A stretch of 64,000 bases of DNA from an uncultured SAR86 cluster bacterium (GTDB lineage: Bacteria; Pseudomonadota; Gammaproteobacteria; Magnimaribacterales; D2472). Made by a program: the position numbers and the translations under genes. Within the stretch, counting starts at the first letter, position 1; every line of letters starts with the position of its first letter. Location of the stretch: assembly GCA_902610905.1 (NCBI GenBank), contig CACLXS010000002.1, positions 39,808 through 103,807 on the forward strand, given 5' to 3'. Under the pieces are notes generated by a model. The model did not search any database. It worked only from the letters and a program-made list of their open reading frames with translations, and was not told where the DNA came from. Shown here in pieces: positions 55,358-64,000 of this stretch.

Positions 55358-58300
55358 CAAAAATTATTGATTTTGCTTTATCAAAAGCAAAAACAACTTT
55401 AATGATTGCATTTATGATCATTATTGCTGGATCATATGCAAGGCAAGAAATATCTATTGCTGCTTCTCCTAACGTTCAACTACCCTTTATAAGCGTTTCG
55501 GTTTATTTAGATGGAGCATCCCCTAGCGATACTTCAAGATTAATAGCTAAGCCACTTGAAAATAGATTAATGACAGTGTCTGGAGTGAAAAGCATCAGTT
55601 CAAGAAGTACCTTAAGTTTTGCGAGAATATTTCTTGAGTTTGAAGTTGGTTACGATATGGATGAAGCTTTGGTGGATATTAAACAAGCTGTCGAAGAAAC
55701 TAAATATGAGCTGCCAAGGGAAGCAGAAGATCCTCAAATTTCTGAATACTCAGAAGCAAGTTTTCCCGTAATGAATATTAGTATTGTTGGTAATAGCTCA
55801 ATTAGACAAAAAGTATTTTATGCAAAAGAATTAAAAGATAAAGTTGAGAGCCTTGAAGAAATCTTACAAGCTAATCTTTCTGGAGCACCTGAAGAAGTTC
55901 TTGAAGGAGTAATAAATAAATCTCGAATGGAATCTTATGAAGTTACTCTAAGTGATATTTATTATTCAGTATCAAATAATAATTTAATTATACCTGGAGG
56001 CACACAAGATACGGGTAAAGGTAGTTTTAATATCGAAGTGCCTAGCGTTATTGAAACAGCTCAGGATGTTTACTCTATTCCGATTAAAGTTACCAAAGAT
56101 GCCATAGTTACTCTAGGGGATATTGCAGATATTAAAAGGACTTTTAAAGATTTTACATCTTATGCAAGAATTAACGGCCAAGATGCAGTTACATTAGAGG
56201 TTCAACTAAGAGATGGAGCAAATTCTATAGATGCTTCTTATGCAATAAAGGATATATTAAAGGACTATGAAAAAACTCTTCCAGAAAATTTAGAAATATT
56301 AGTCACCCAGGACGATACTTTGTACTCCATTGATATGGTTAAAGAGCTAAATGGAAATATTATAGCTGCGGTTGTTTTAATCATGGTTCTCGTTATAGCA
56401 AGTATGGGATTTAGAGTGTCGATGCTAGTAGGTCTCTCAATACCTTTTTGTTTTCTATTTACTTATCTGGTTTTCTTTTCTCTTGGTATGGAGATAAATT
56501 TCCTTGTGATGATGGGGCTGCTTCTTGGCATGGGTATGTTAATCGATGGTGCAATTGTAATTACTGAATATGCAGACAAAAAAATTGGAGAAGGTCTTTC
56601 AAGATCAGAGGGTTATAAAATGGCATCTAAAAGGATGTTTTATCCAATAGTAGCTTCCACAGGAACAACTATGGCTGCTTTTATACCAGTAATGTTGTGG
56701 CCAGGTTTTACTGGTCAATTTATGCGATACCTTCCAATAACTGTTTTTACAGTATTAGTAGGCTCTCTTATTTATTCACTGATTATGATTCCTGTTTTAG
56801 GGTCATATCTTGGACAACAAGATTCAGCACTTAATAAAGATGAAGGCAGGGATTCTATATTTAAAAAATTAACTGAAATATATGGAAAAAGAATTACAAA
56901 ATTTGTAAAAAATCCAATTGAAACTTGCATAGCGGTTGCTTCAGTATTATTAATAATAATTATGAGTTATTCCTTTTTTGGAAAAGGAACAATTTATTTT
57001 GCCCTGGTTGATCCTGTAGAAGCAAATGTGACTATTAAGGCTAGAGGCAATTATTCTGCAATAGAGACAAAAGAAATAGTTCAACAAGTCGAAGAAAGAT
57101 TCTTAGAAGTCCCAGGATTAGGTAGTGTTTATTTAAGAGCAGGTAGTGAATGGTGGAATAGAGAAGCAGATAAAATTGGTGGAGGATACGTAGAAGTCGC
57201 GCCTGCAAGCAAAAGAGGAATATCAGGATTAAAAATAATGGAGCTTCTAAGTGAATCAGTAAATGATATGCCAGGCATATTTGTTGAAATTTCTCCTGAT
57301 TTAGGAGGACCATCTTTCGATAATCCAATTGAATTAGATCTCTATGGTAATAGTGAAAATGATGTGAATGCAGCTGCAGATATTATTGAGACTCACATGA
57401 GAAATAATATCAAAGGTCTAAAGAATATTACTTCATCAAAATCATATCCATCAGTTGAATGGAGTGTTGAAGTAGATAAACAAAAGGCGGCTCAATTAGG
57501 TGTTAGTGTTGCTGATGTAGGGGCATTAGTTCAAATGCTAACTAATGGATTCAAAGTTGGTCAATATAGGCCAGATGATTCAAGAGATGAGGTGGAAATC
57601 AGAGCTCGGTTCCCTCAATCTGATAGAACAATTACCGGAATAAGAAATTTAAATGTAATAACTCTAGAGGGTTTGGTTCCAGTTAGTTCTTTTATTTCAG
57701 TGATGCCAAAAGAAAATAGACAATCTGTAAATAGAAGAGATGGAAAATTTACACAACAGATTGGTGCTGCAACTATAGATGAATCTAAAGTTTCAGAAAA
57801 AGTCAAAGAAATTGATTTATGGCTAAAATCTAGTGATTTTGGCGAAGGGATAACCTATAAATTTACTGGCATGGCAGAAGAAACTGAAGATGTGAATAAC
57901 TTTATGATAGCTGCAGGTATTATGGCTGTATTTATAATGCTGCTAATGCTTTTAACCCAATTTAATAGCTTTTATCAGTCGTTCATAATACTTACATCGG
58001 TAACAATTTCTTTTGTTGGTGTCCTATTAGGTTTATTAATAACAGGAAAGCCATTTAGTACAACAATGACTGGTTTGTCGATTGTTACCCTGGCTGGGAT
58101 TGTAGTTAATAATAATATTGTACTAATTGATACCTTTAATAAACTAAGAGAAGAATCTCCACATATTGAAAACTCAATTCATATAATAAATGCATGTAAA
58201 CAAAGATTAAGGCCAATCTTACTTACATCCCTCACAACTATTTTTGGTCTGTTGCCCTTAGCGATGGGAGTTAGTCTAGACATTATTGCAAGGGATATTG

Positions 58301-58464
58301 CCCTTGGAAGCCCAATTGTAGATTGGTGGTCAAATCTAGCAGTTTCTATTGTTTTTGGTTTGGCATTCAGCACATTTATAACTTTGATATTAACGCCAGC
58401 TGTATTATCTCTGCCGTATGCTTTAAGAAATGATTTCAAAAAGTTTTTTAAAACCGCTAATTAA
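55354..58464 (+). CDS. RND efflux transporter (AcrB/AcrD/AcrF family)
   Basis: 1036 aa with 12-TM architecture, two large periplasmic loops and typical GMLIDGAIV and NNNIVLID motifs. Confidence 0.92.
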   Translation: MTKIIDFALSKAKTTLMIAFMIIIAGSYARQEISIAASPNVQLPFISVSVYLDGASPSDTSRLIAKPLENRLMTVSGVKSISSRSTLSFARIFLEFEVGYDMDEALVDIKQAVEETKYELPREAEDPQISEYSEASFPVMNISIVGNSSIRQKVFYAKELKDKVESLEEILQANLSGAPEEVLEGVINKSRMESYEVTLSDIYYSVSNNNLIIPGGTQDTGKGSFNIEVPSVIETAQDVYSIPIKVTKDAIVTLGDIADIKRTFKDFTSYARINGQDAVTLEVQLRDGANSIDASYAIKDILKDYEKTLPENLEILVTQDDTLYSIDMVKELNGNIIAAVVLIMVLVIASMGFRVSMLVGLSIPFCFLFTYLVFFSLGMEINFLVMMGLLLGMGMLIDGAIVITEYADKKIGEGLSRSEGYKMASKRMFYPIVASTGTTMAAFIPVMLWPGFTGQFMRYLPITVFTVLVGSLIYSLIMIPVLGSYLGQQDSALNKDEGRDSIFKKLTEIYGKRITKFVKNPIETCIAVASVLLIIIMSYSFFGKGTIYFALVDPVEANVTIKARGNYSAIETKEIVQQVEERFLEVPGLGSVYLRAGSEWWNREADKIGGGYVEVAPASKRGISGLKIMELLSESVNDMPGIFVEISPDLGGPSFDNPIELDLYGNSENDVNAAADIIETHMRNNIKGLKNITSSKSYPSVEWSVEVDKQKAAQLGVSVADVGALVQMLTNGFKVGQYRPDDSRDEVEIRARFPQSDRTITGIRNLNVITLEGLVPVSSFISVMPKENRQSVNRRDGKFTQQIGAATIDESKVSEKVKEIDLWLKSSDFGEGITYKFTGMAEETEDVNNFMIAAGIMAVFIMLLMLLTQFNSFYQSFIILTSVTISFVGVLLGLLITGKPFSTTMTGLSIVTLAGIVVNNNIVLIDTFNKLREESPHIENSIHIINACKQRLRPILLTSLTTIFGLLPLAMGVSLDIIARDIALGSPIVDWWSNLAVSIVFGLAFSTFITLILTPAVLSLPYALRNDFKKFFKTAN

Positions 58465-58480
58465 TAAATTACAATAAGGT

Positions 58481-58705
58481 ATGTCTAGTTCAAATAAAGG
58501 AATTGATTTTGAGTCCTCATTGAAAGAGCTTGAATCAATAGTTAAAAAACTTGAGGATGAAAATATTAATTTAGAAGATTCTGTAAAATCATTTGAAGCA
58601 GGAATTAATCTAGTCAAAGAATGCCAGAAACAACTGGAAGATGCTGAGTTAAAGGTTAAAGAATTATTAGATGATGGAACTTCACAAGAATTAGATAATT
58701 CATAA
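58481..58705 (+). CDS. xseB: Exodeoxyribonuclease VII small subunit
   Basis: 74 aa containing FESSLKELESIVKKLE......LEDSVK.FE.G..L...C...L..AE.KV. It lies upstream of ispA-dxs, as in E. coli. Confidence 0.9.
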   Translation: MSSSNKGIDFESSLKELESIVKKLEDENINLEDSVKSFEAGINLVKECQKQLEDAELKVKELLDDGTSQELDNS

Positions 58706-58712
58706 AATTTTA

Positions 58713-59588
58713 ATGCTTCCAAGATACTTATCTCAAGTAAAAAAACTTGTAAAAGATAAGATGCTTAAATCGATAGGCAACAACAATAAAATAGAAGAAG
58801 CTATGGCCTATTCTGCACTTGCAGATAGCAAAATGATAAGAGCTGGATTAGTGTTTGCTTCATCTGAGACAAATAAAAATATAGCTAAAGAAAGTATCAT
58901 CACATTATCTTCAGCTGTTGAGTTAATACACACCTACTCACTTATTCATGATGATATACCATGTATGGATGATGATGATTTAAGAAGAAATCAGCCATCA
59001 AGCCATATAAAATATGGAGAAGCTAATGCTGTTTTAGCTGGAGATGCTCTTCAAGCATTAGCATATGAAATTATAGTTGATGATATTTTTTTAAGCTCAG
59101 ATGATAAAGTAAATGCTATCAACCTTTTATCAAAAGCATGCGGCAAAAATGGAATGGTCTTTGGTCAATACCTAGATGTTAAAAATGAAAATAATCAAAA
59201 CATAGATATGCAGAAACTTGATGATATTCATAACTTAAAAACAGGAAAATTAATTGAGTGTGCTGTAATGCTAGGTCAAACTGGATCAAGTTTAGAATCA
59301 GAATCCTTAAATACCTTAAGAGATTTTAGCTCTAAAATAGGTTTAGCATTTCAAATTACAGACGATATCCTAGACGTAACTCAAATAGAAAGTGTATTAG
59401 GTAAAAATAAAAATTCTGATGCAAAAAATAATAAACTTACTTACATAGATATTATTGGTTTGGATGAAGCTAAAGTAAAAGTAAACAAATTGACTAATTC
59501 CGCTTTAAATTCTTTAAGTCAATCAAATATATCTAATATTAATAAATTGGTTGAAATGGCTAAATATTTAATCGACAGAGAGAGTTAA
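58713..59588 (+). CDS. ispA: (2E,6E)-farnesyl diphosphate synthase
   Basis: 291 aa with the first DDxxD motif in LIHDDIPCMDDDDLRR and the second in FQITDDILD. Confidence 0.92.
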   Translation: MLPRYLSQVKKLVKDKMLKSIGNNNKIEEAMAYSALADSKMIRAGLVFASSETNKNIAKESIITLSSAVELIHTYSLIHDDIPCMDDDDLRRNQPSSHIKYGEANAVLAGDALQALAYEIIVDDIFLSSDDKVNAINLLSKACGKNGMVFGQYLDVKNENNQNIDMQKLDDIHNLKTGKLIECAVMLGQTGSSLESESLNTLRDFSSKIGLAFQITDDILDVTQIESVLGKNKNSDAKNNKLTYIDIIGLDEAKVKVNKLTNSALNSLSQSNISNINKLVEMAKYLIDRES

Positions 59589-61462
59589 TGAAAATTTTTA
59601 AGAAAATTCCTGAAACTAAACCAAAAACTCCTATGCTAGATAAAGTTTCAGTACCATCTGATATCAGATCATTCTCTTTTAGTGAGCTTGAAATTTTATC
59701 TGATGAATTAAGAGAATTTTTGTTATTTTCTGTTGGGCAAACTGGCGGTCATCTTGGAGGTGGGCTTGGTGTTATTGAATTAACTGTAGTTCTTCATCAT
59801 TTATACAACACTCCATATGATAATTTAGTATGGGATGTTGGGCATCAAGCGTATCCTCATAAAATCTTAACTGGAAGAAAAGATAAAATTCATACAGTGC
59901 GTAAAAAAGACGGATTAGCACCCTTTCCAACAATAAGTGAAAGTGAATATGATGCTTTTGGTGTTGGTCACTCTAGTACTTCGATAAGCGCAATATTAGG
60001 TATGGCTGTGGGTGCGCAGAAAAATGATTCAAATAAAAAGCATGTTGCGGTAATTGGAGATGGAGCAATGACTGCAGGTATGTCATTTGAAGCCTTAAGC
60101 CATAGCGGACATCTAAAACCTAATATTCTTGTAATTTTAAATGATAATGATATGTCCATTTCAGAAAATATTGGTGGTCTTTCTAACTATTTTTCAAGAA
60201 TTTGGGCATCAAAAATCTATAAAGGCATTAAGAAAAGTGGTGCAAGTGTATTAAAGCCATTGCCTCAAGCCTATCATTTAGCAAGAAAAGTTGAGACACA
60301 GATGAAGGCGATGGTAGCTCCTGGAACAATATTCGAAGAACTAGGATTTAACTATGTTGGTCCTATTGATGGTCATAATATAAAAGAGATGGTAGATGTA
60401 ATTAGTAATCTCAAAGATTTCGAGGGTCCTCAATTCCTTCATGTAATTACAAAAAAGGGTGCTGGCCTCGACCCTGCTGAATCAGATAGAATAGGGTTTC
60501 ATGCTATAGGTAAAATTAACAGCATAAAATCAGATTCAAGCCCAAAACCAAAGTATCAAGATATTTTTAGTGATTGGATAGTTGATATGGCTGAAAAGGA
60601 TGAAAGCTTGGTTGCAATCACCCCAGCTATGCGGGAAGGTTCTGGACTTGTTGATTTTAGTCAAAAATATCCCGATAGATATTTTGATGTTGCCATAGCA
60701 GAACAACACTCAGTCACATTTGCAGCCGGTCTATCTTTAGAAAAGAAAAAACCTGTTGTTGCCATTTACTCAACATTTCTTCAAAGAGCATATGATCAAT
60801 TTATTCATGATGTAGCAGTTCAAAATTTAGATGTTACCTTTGCCCTTGATAGAGCTGGATTGGTTGGAGAAGATGGACCAACACATTCTGGTAATTATGA
60901 TATTGCTTATTTGAGGTGTATACCAAATATAATCCTAATGACTCCTTCAGATGAAAATGAAACAAGATTACTTTTAACAACAGCCTTTAAACATGAAGGC
61001 CCAGCAGCTGTTCGATATCCAAGAGGAACTGGTCCTAACACATTAGTTAGTTCTTATCTTGAGGGTATAGAAATTGGTAAAGCTAGGGTATTAAGAGAAA
61101 GTGAATCTAAAGTTGTTTTCTTAAACTTTGGAGCTTTATTAGATAAAGCGATAGAAGTTTCAGAAAAAATGGATTTTACTTTAATTGATATGAGATTTGT
61201 TAAACCTCTTGATCGTGAAATACTAAAAAAATACTTATCTAAAGCAGACTATTTTGTTACTTTGGAAGACGGATCAATTGCTGGAGGTGCTGGGAGTGCA
61301 GTACAGGAGTTTTGTTCGATTGAATCCATAAATGTAAAATCAATTCTCTTAGGAATACCTGATAGGTTTATTGAGCATGCATCAAGAGAGGAAATGCTTG
61401 AATCTGCCGGTCTTTCAGTTACTAAAATATTAGATAGATTAAAGCCATTGCTGGAAAAATAG
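59588..61462 (+). CDS. dxs: 1-deoxy-D-xylulose-5-phosphate synthase
   Basis: 624 aa containing GGHLGGGLGVIELT, VWDVGHQAYPHKILTGR, GDGAMTAGM and DRAGLVGEDGPTH. Confidence 0.95.
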   Translation: MKIFKKIPETKPKTPMLDKVSVPSDIRSFSFSELEILSDELREFLLFSVGQTGGHLGGGLGVIELTVVLHHLYNTPYDNLVWDVGHQAYPHKILTGRKDKIHTVRKKDGLAPFPTISESEYDAFGVGHSSTSISAILGMAVGAQKNDSNKKHVAVIGDGAMTAGMSFEALSHSGHLKPNILVILNDNDMSISENIGGLSNYFSRIWASKIYKGIKKSGASVLKPLPQAYHLARKVETQMKAMVAPGTIFEELGFNYVGPIDGHNIKEMVDVISNLKDFEGPQFLHVITKKGAGLDPAESDRIGFHAIGKINSIKSDSSPKPKYQDIFSDWIVDMAEKDESLVAITPAMREGSGLVDFSQKYPDRYFDVAIAEQHSVTFAAGLSLEKKKPVVAIYSTFLQRAYDQFIHDVAVQNLDVTFALDRAGLVGEDGPTHSGNYDIAYLRCIPNIILMTPSDENETRLLLTTAFKHEGPAAVRYPRGTGPNTLVSSYLEGIEIGKARVLRESESKVVFLNFGALLDKAIEVSEKMDFTLIDMRFVKPLDREILKKYLSKADYFVTLEDGSIAGGAGSAVQEFCSIESINVKSILLGIPDRFIEHASREEMLESAGLSVTKILDRLKPLLEK

Positions 61463-61904
61463 CCATAATCCCTGCTATTAAGTCATCAAGAACTATTCCA
61501 AGCCCATTTTTAAAATTTTTGTCAAAATAAGATACTGGAAAGGGTTTTAAGATATCAAACAGTCTAAAAAAAATAAGAGCTAAAACTGCATACGATGTTC
61601 TTGAAGTTTGTGTTGATAGATATAAAGCAGGAACTAGAGCTATCCAAATACCAACTAATTCATCTATTACAATTGATTTATGATCTTTTTCTATGAGATT
61701 GACTGATGCTTTTTCACATATCCATATTGAAAATGGTATTGATAAAATAACAACTATAAGCATATCTACATAATGTGAAATGTAGATAAAAACAAAAAAT
61801 GCAAATATAGATCCCCATGTACCTGGAGCAATAGGAATTTTTCCAATACCTCCTAGTGTAGCTATAAAATGAATAGGATTTTTTAGATCTGGAAAGTTGC
61901 TCAT
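61422..61904 (-). CDS. pgpA: Phosphatidylglycerophosphatase A
   Basis: 160 aa containing LGGIGKIPIAPGTWGS, DELVG, FRLFDILKP and LDDLIAG. It lies downstream of thiL. Confidence 0.9.
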   Translation of the reverse strand: MSNFPDLKNPIHFIATLGGIGKIPIAPGTWGSIFAFFVFIYISHYVDMLIVVILSIPFSIWICEKASVNLIEKDHKSIVIDELVGIWIALVPALYLSTQTSRTSYAVLALIFFRLFDILKPFPVSYFDKNFKNGLGIVLDDLIAGIMAIFPAMALIYLIF

Positions 61905-62780
61905 TTAATAATGCTCATATCCTTTAATTTCAATATCATAACCTTTATTAGAACAAAGGTTTATTTCCTTGTCCTCTTTTACAACTCCAATTTTAATAAA
62001 ATTACTGGCAACCATTTCTTCAGGTAGAGTAAAACATAAATCATAATCATCTCCAGCATTTAAATCATTTATACCTGAAGTTATAGGTATATCATCTATA
62101 TAAATATCTGCTCCAGAGTTAGATGCATCTAGCATCTTTTTTAAATCTGCAAGCAATCCATCAGAGGTGTCAATACATGCATTTGCACTCAAAGAAATTT
62201 CTTTACCAAGTTCAATTTTAGCTTTTGGTCTTAAATAATAATCAATAAATGAAGAATCTATATTGTTGTTCCAATCTTTTAGCCCTTTTAATGCTTTACC
62301 AACTTGAGAACTAATACATATAATATCTCCAGGCTTTGCGCCACTTCTTGTAAGAATTTTTTCTGAAAAAGGCGAACCGTATACAACAACATTTACATTA
62401 AGAGGCCCTGAAGTTAAATCTCCGCCAATTAATGAAATTTTATACTCATCGGATATATCTTTAGCTCCTTCTTGAAAACTTTCAAACCAATCATATTCAT
62501 TATGCGGTACTGTAATTGACAGACTAAATGCAAGAGGTTTACATGCCATAGCAGCAATATCACTTAAAGCTACCGCAATCGATCTGTATGCAATATCAGA
62601 GGGTTTAGCGTTTTTTGGAAAATGAACACCCTCAATAGAAGCATCAATGGATGTAACGATAGATTTGTTAAATTTAAATGCAGCACAATCATCACCAGGA
62701 GAGATGATTATGCCATTATCTTTGTAGTATTCTGAGCCAATATTTTTAAATAATTCTATGAGCTCAAATTCAGAATTCAA
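61905..62780 (-). CDS. thiL: Thiamine-monophosphate kinase
   Basis: 291 aa containing EFELIE, GDDCA, D...EGVHF, SDIAAM, GGDLT and DTSDGL. Confidence 0.9.
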   Translation of the reverse strand: MNSEFELIELFKNIGSEYYKDNGIIISPGDDCAAFKFNKSIVTSIDASIEGVHFPKNAKPSDIAYRSIAVALSDIAAMACKPLAFSLSITVPHNEYDWFESFQEGAKDISDEYKISLIGGDLTSGPLNVNVVVYGSPFSEKILTRSGAKPGDIICISSQVGKALKGLKDWNNNIDSSFIDYYLRPKAKIELGKEISLSANACIDTSDGLLADLKKMLDASNSGADIYIDDIPITSGINDLNAGDDYDLCFTLPEEMVASNFIKIGVVKEDKEINLCSNKGYDIEIKGYEHY

Positions 62781-62788
62781 GGGAGTCC

Positions 62789-63976
62789 TTAGCTAGGATA
62801 TCTTTCAAACAAACCTGATGCGCCCATTCCACCACCGACACACATTGTTACTACTCCAAATTGTTTGTCACTTCTAACCAGTTCTCTTGTTAGGTGACCT
62901 ACGCATCTTGAGCCTGTCATTCCAAAGGGATGACCAATTGATATAGAACCACCATTAACATTCAATTTATCCATTGGTATACCTAATGTATCTCTGCAAT
63001 GAGCAACTTGAACAGCAAAAGCTTCATTAAGCTCCCATAAATCAATATCTTCAACTGCCATGTTGTAGTTCTTTAATAACTTAGGCACTGAATAAATTGG
63101 TCCAATGCCCATCTCATCTGGCTCACATCCCATAGTAGTAAAACCTCTAAAGTAAGCAATAGGTTTTAATCCAAGCTCTAAAGCCTTTTCTTCTGACATT
63201 ACTAAATTAATTGATGCTCCATCTGATAATTGAGAAGAATTACCAGCAGTTACAGTACCATTCTCAGGATCAAAAACAGGCTTTAAACCACTTAAACCTT
63301 CCATAGTTGTTTCAGGTCTATTACATTCATCTTTTTCTACTGTAACCTCGACTTCTTTGGAATCACCTGTCTCTTTATTAACTAGCAACATTTTTGTATT
63401 CATCGGAACAATTTCATCCAAAAATAAACCTGCTTCTTGTGCAGAAGCTGTTCTTTTTTGGCTTTCAAGCGCAAGTTCATCTTGAGTTTCTCTTGAAACA
63501 TTATATCTTTTTGCAACTACCTCAGCTGTCATACCCATTGGATAATATATACCTGGAGACTGTTCTGCCAATCTTTCGTTTACAAAATTATCCATATTCA
63601 TTTTCATCATGGATATAGTTTCTGCGCCTCCAGCAATTACGGTATCGTAACAGCCAGCCATAATTTGGCCTGCTGCCATAGAAACAGATTGGAGACCCGA
63701 AGAACAATATCTATTAATTGTTGTTCCACCTACAGTAATTGGAAGGTTTGATAATACTGCAGCATTTCTGGCAATATTGTGACCTTGAGCACCCTCAGGA
63801 TTTCCACACCCCATAATAATATCTTCTACGACTTCTGGAGATAGATTTGGATTTCTTTCAAGTAAAGTATTAATGAGATGAGCGAGCATTTCATCAGGCC
63901 TTGTCATATTAAAACCACCTCTATGTGATTTTGCTAAGCCTGTTCTAACACTATCAACAATAACTACATTTTTCAT
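62789..63976 (-). CDS. Acetyl-CoA C-acyltransferase / thiolase
   Basis: 395 aa with the active-site region NRYCSSGLQS, C-terminal NVNGGSISIGHPFGMTG and CVGGGMG. Confidence 0.92.
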   Translation of the reverse strand: MKNVVIVDSVRTGLAKSHRGGFNMTRPDEMLAHLINTLLERNPNLSPEVVEDIIMGCGNPEGAQGHNIARNAAVLSNLPITVGGTTINRYCSSGLQSVSMAAGQIMAGCYDTVIAGGAETISMMKMNMDNFVNERLAEQSPGIYYPMGMTAEVVAKRYNVSRETQDELALESQKRTASAQEAGLFLDEIVPMNTKMLLVNKETGDSKEVEVTVEKDECNRPETTMEGLSGLKPVFDPENGTVTAGNSSQLSDGASINLVMSEEKALELGLKPIAYFRGFTTMGCEPDEMGIGPIYSVPKLLKNYNMAVEDIDLWELNEAFAVQVAHCRDTLGIPMDKLNVNGGSISIGHPFGMTGSRCVGHLTRELVRSDKQFGVVTMCVGGGMGASGLFERYPS

Positions 63977-64000
63977 AATTTCTCCAGTTGGGTAAAAATT

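Overview
The window is AT-rich and very compact. By my tally of the gaps, only about 1.8 kb of 64 kb is intergenic. Gene order resembles Pseudomonas and E. coli: gyrA-serC-pheA-hisC-tyrA-aroA-cmk-rpsA-ihfB, infC-rpmI-rplT-pheS-pheT, ubiG-HAD-SDR, xseB-ispA-dxs and thiL-pgpA. Together with many shortened proteins, this suggests a streamlined, probably marine gammaproteobacterium; that taxonomy is inference only. Almost everything from 1.4 to 46.9 kb is on the minus strand. Most genes are housekeeping (translation, aromatic amino acid synthesis, isoprenoid, transhydrogenase, ScpAB, RND efflux). Accessory content falls into five groups. (1) A roughly 15.7 kb Wzx/Wzy-type polysaccharide locus (11.6-27.3 kb) carries a UDP-2,3-diacetamido-2,3-dideoxy-glucuronate pathway and an unusual four-gene tailoring module: a deacetylase-like protein, an acetyltransferase, an ATP-grasp ligase and a CapA-like protein. 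(2) Three small nucleotidyltransferase/kinase genes are wedged into the conserved pgsA-tRNA(Cys)-tRNA(Leu) cluster. (3) A three-gene insertion between pheT and an ihfA-like gene encodes a Wza-like exporter, a YjbH-family outer-membrane protein, and a secreted Ig-like/cadherin-like protein ending in a (Thr-Gly)n tail built from perfect 30-bp tandem repeats. (4) An orphan pair of lambda-type replication genes (a DnaT-domain protein plus a lambda-P-like protein) has no other phage genes nearby. (5) Several translation proteins have lost domains (PheS, PheT, S1). I found three tRNAs (Pro-GGG, Leu-UAA, Cys-GCA). I found no rRNA, CRISPR array, integrase, transposase or recognisable defence or toxin-antitoxin system. 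All family assignments come from motifs and remembered reference sequences, not database searches.
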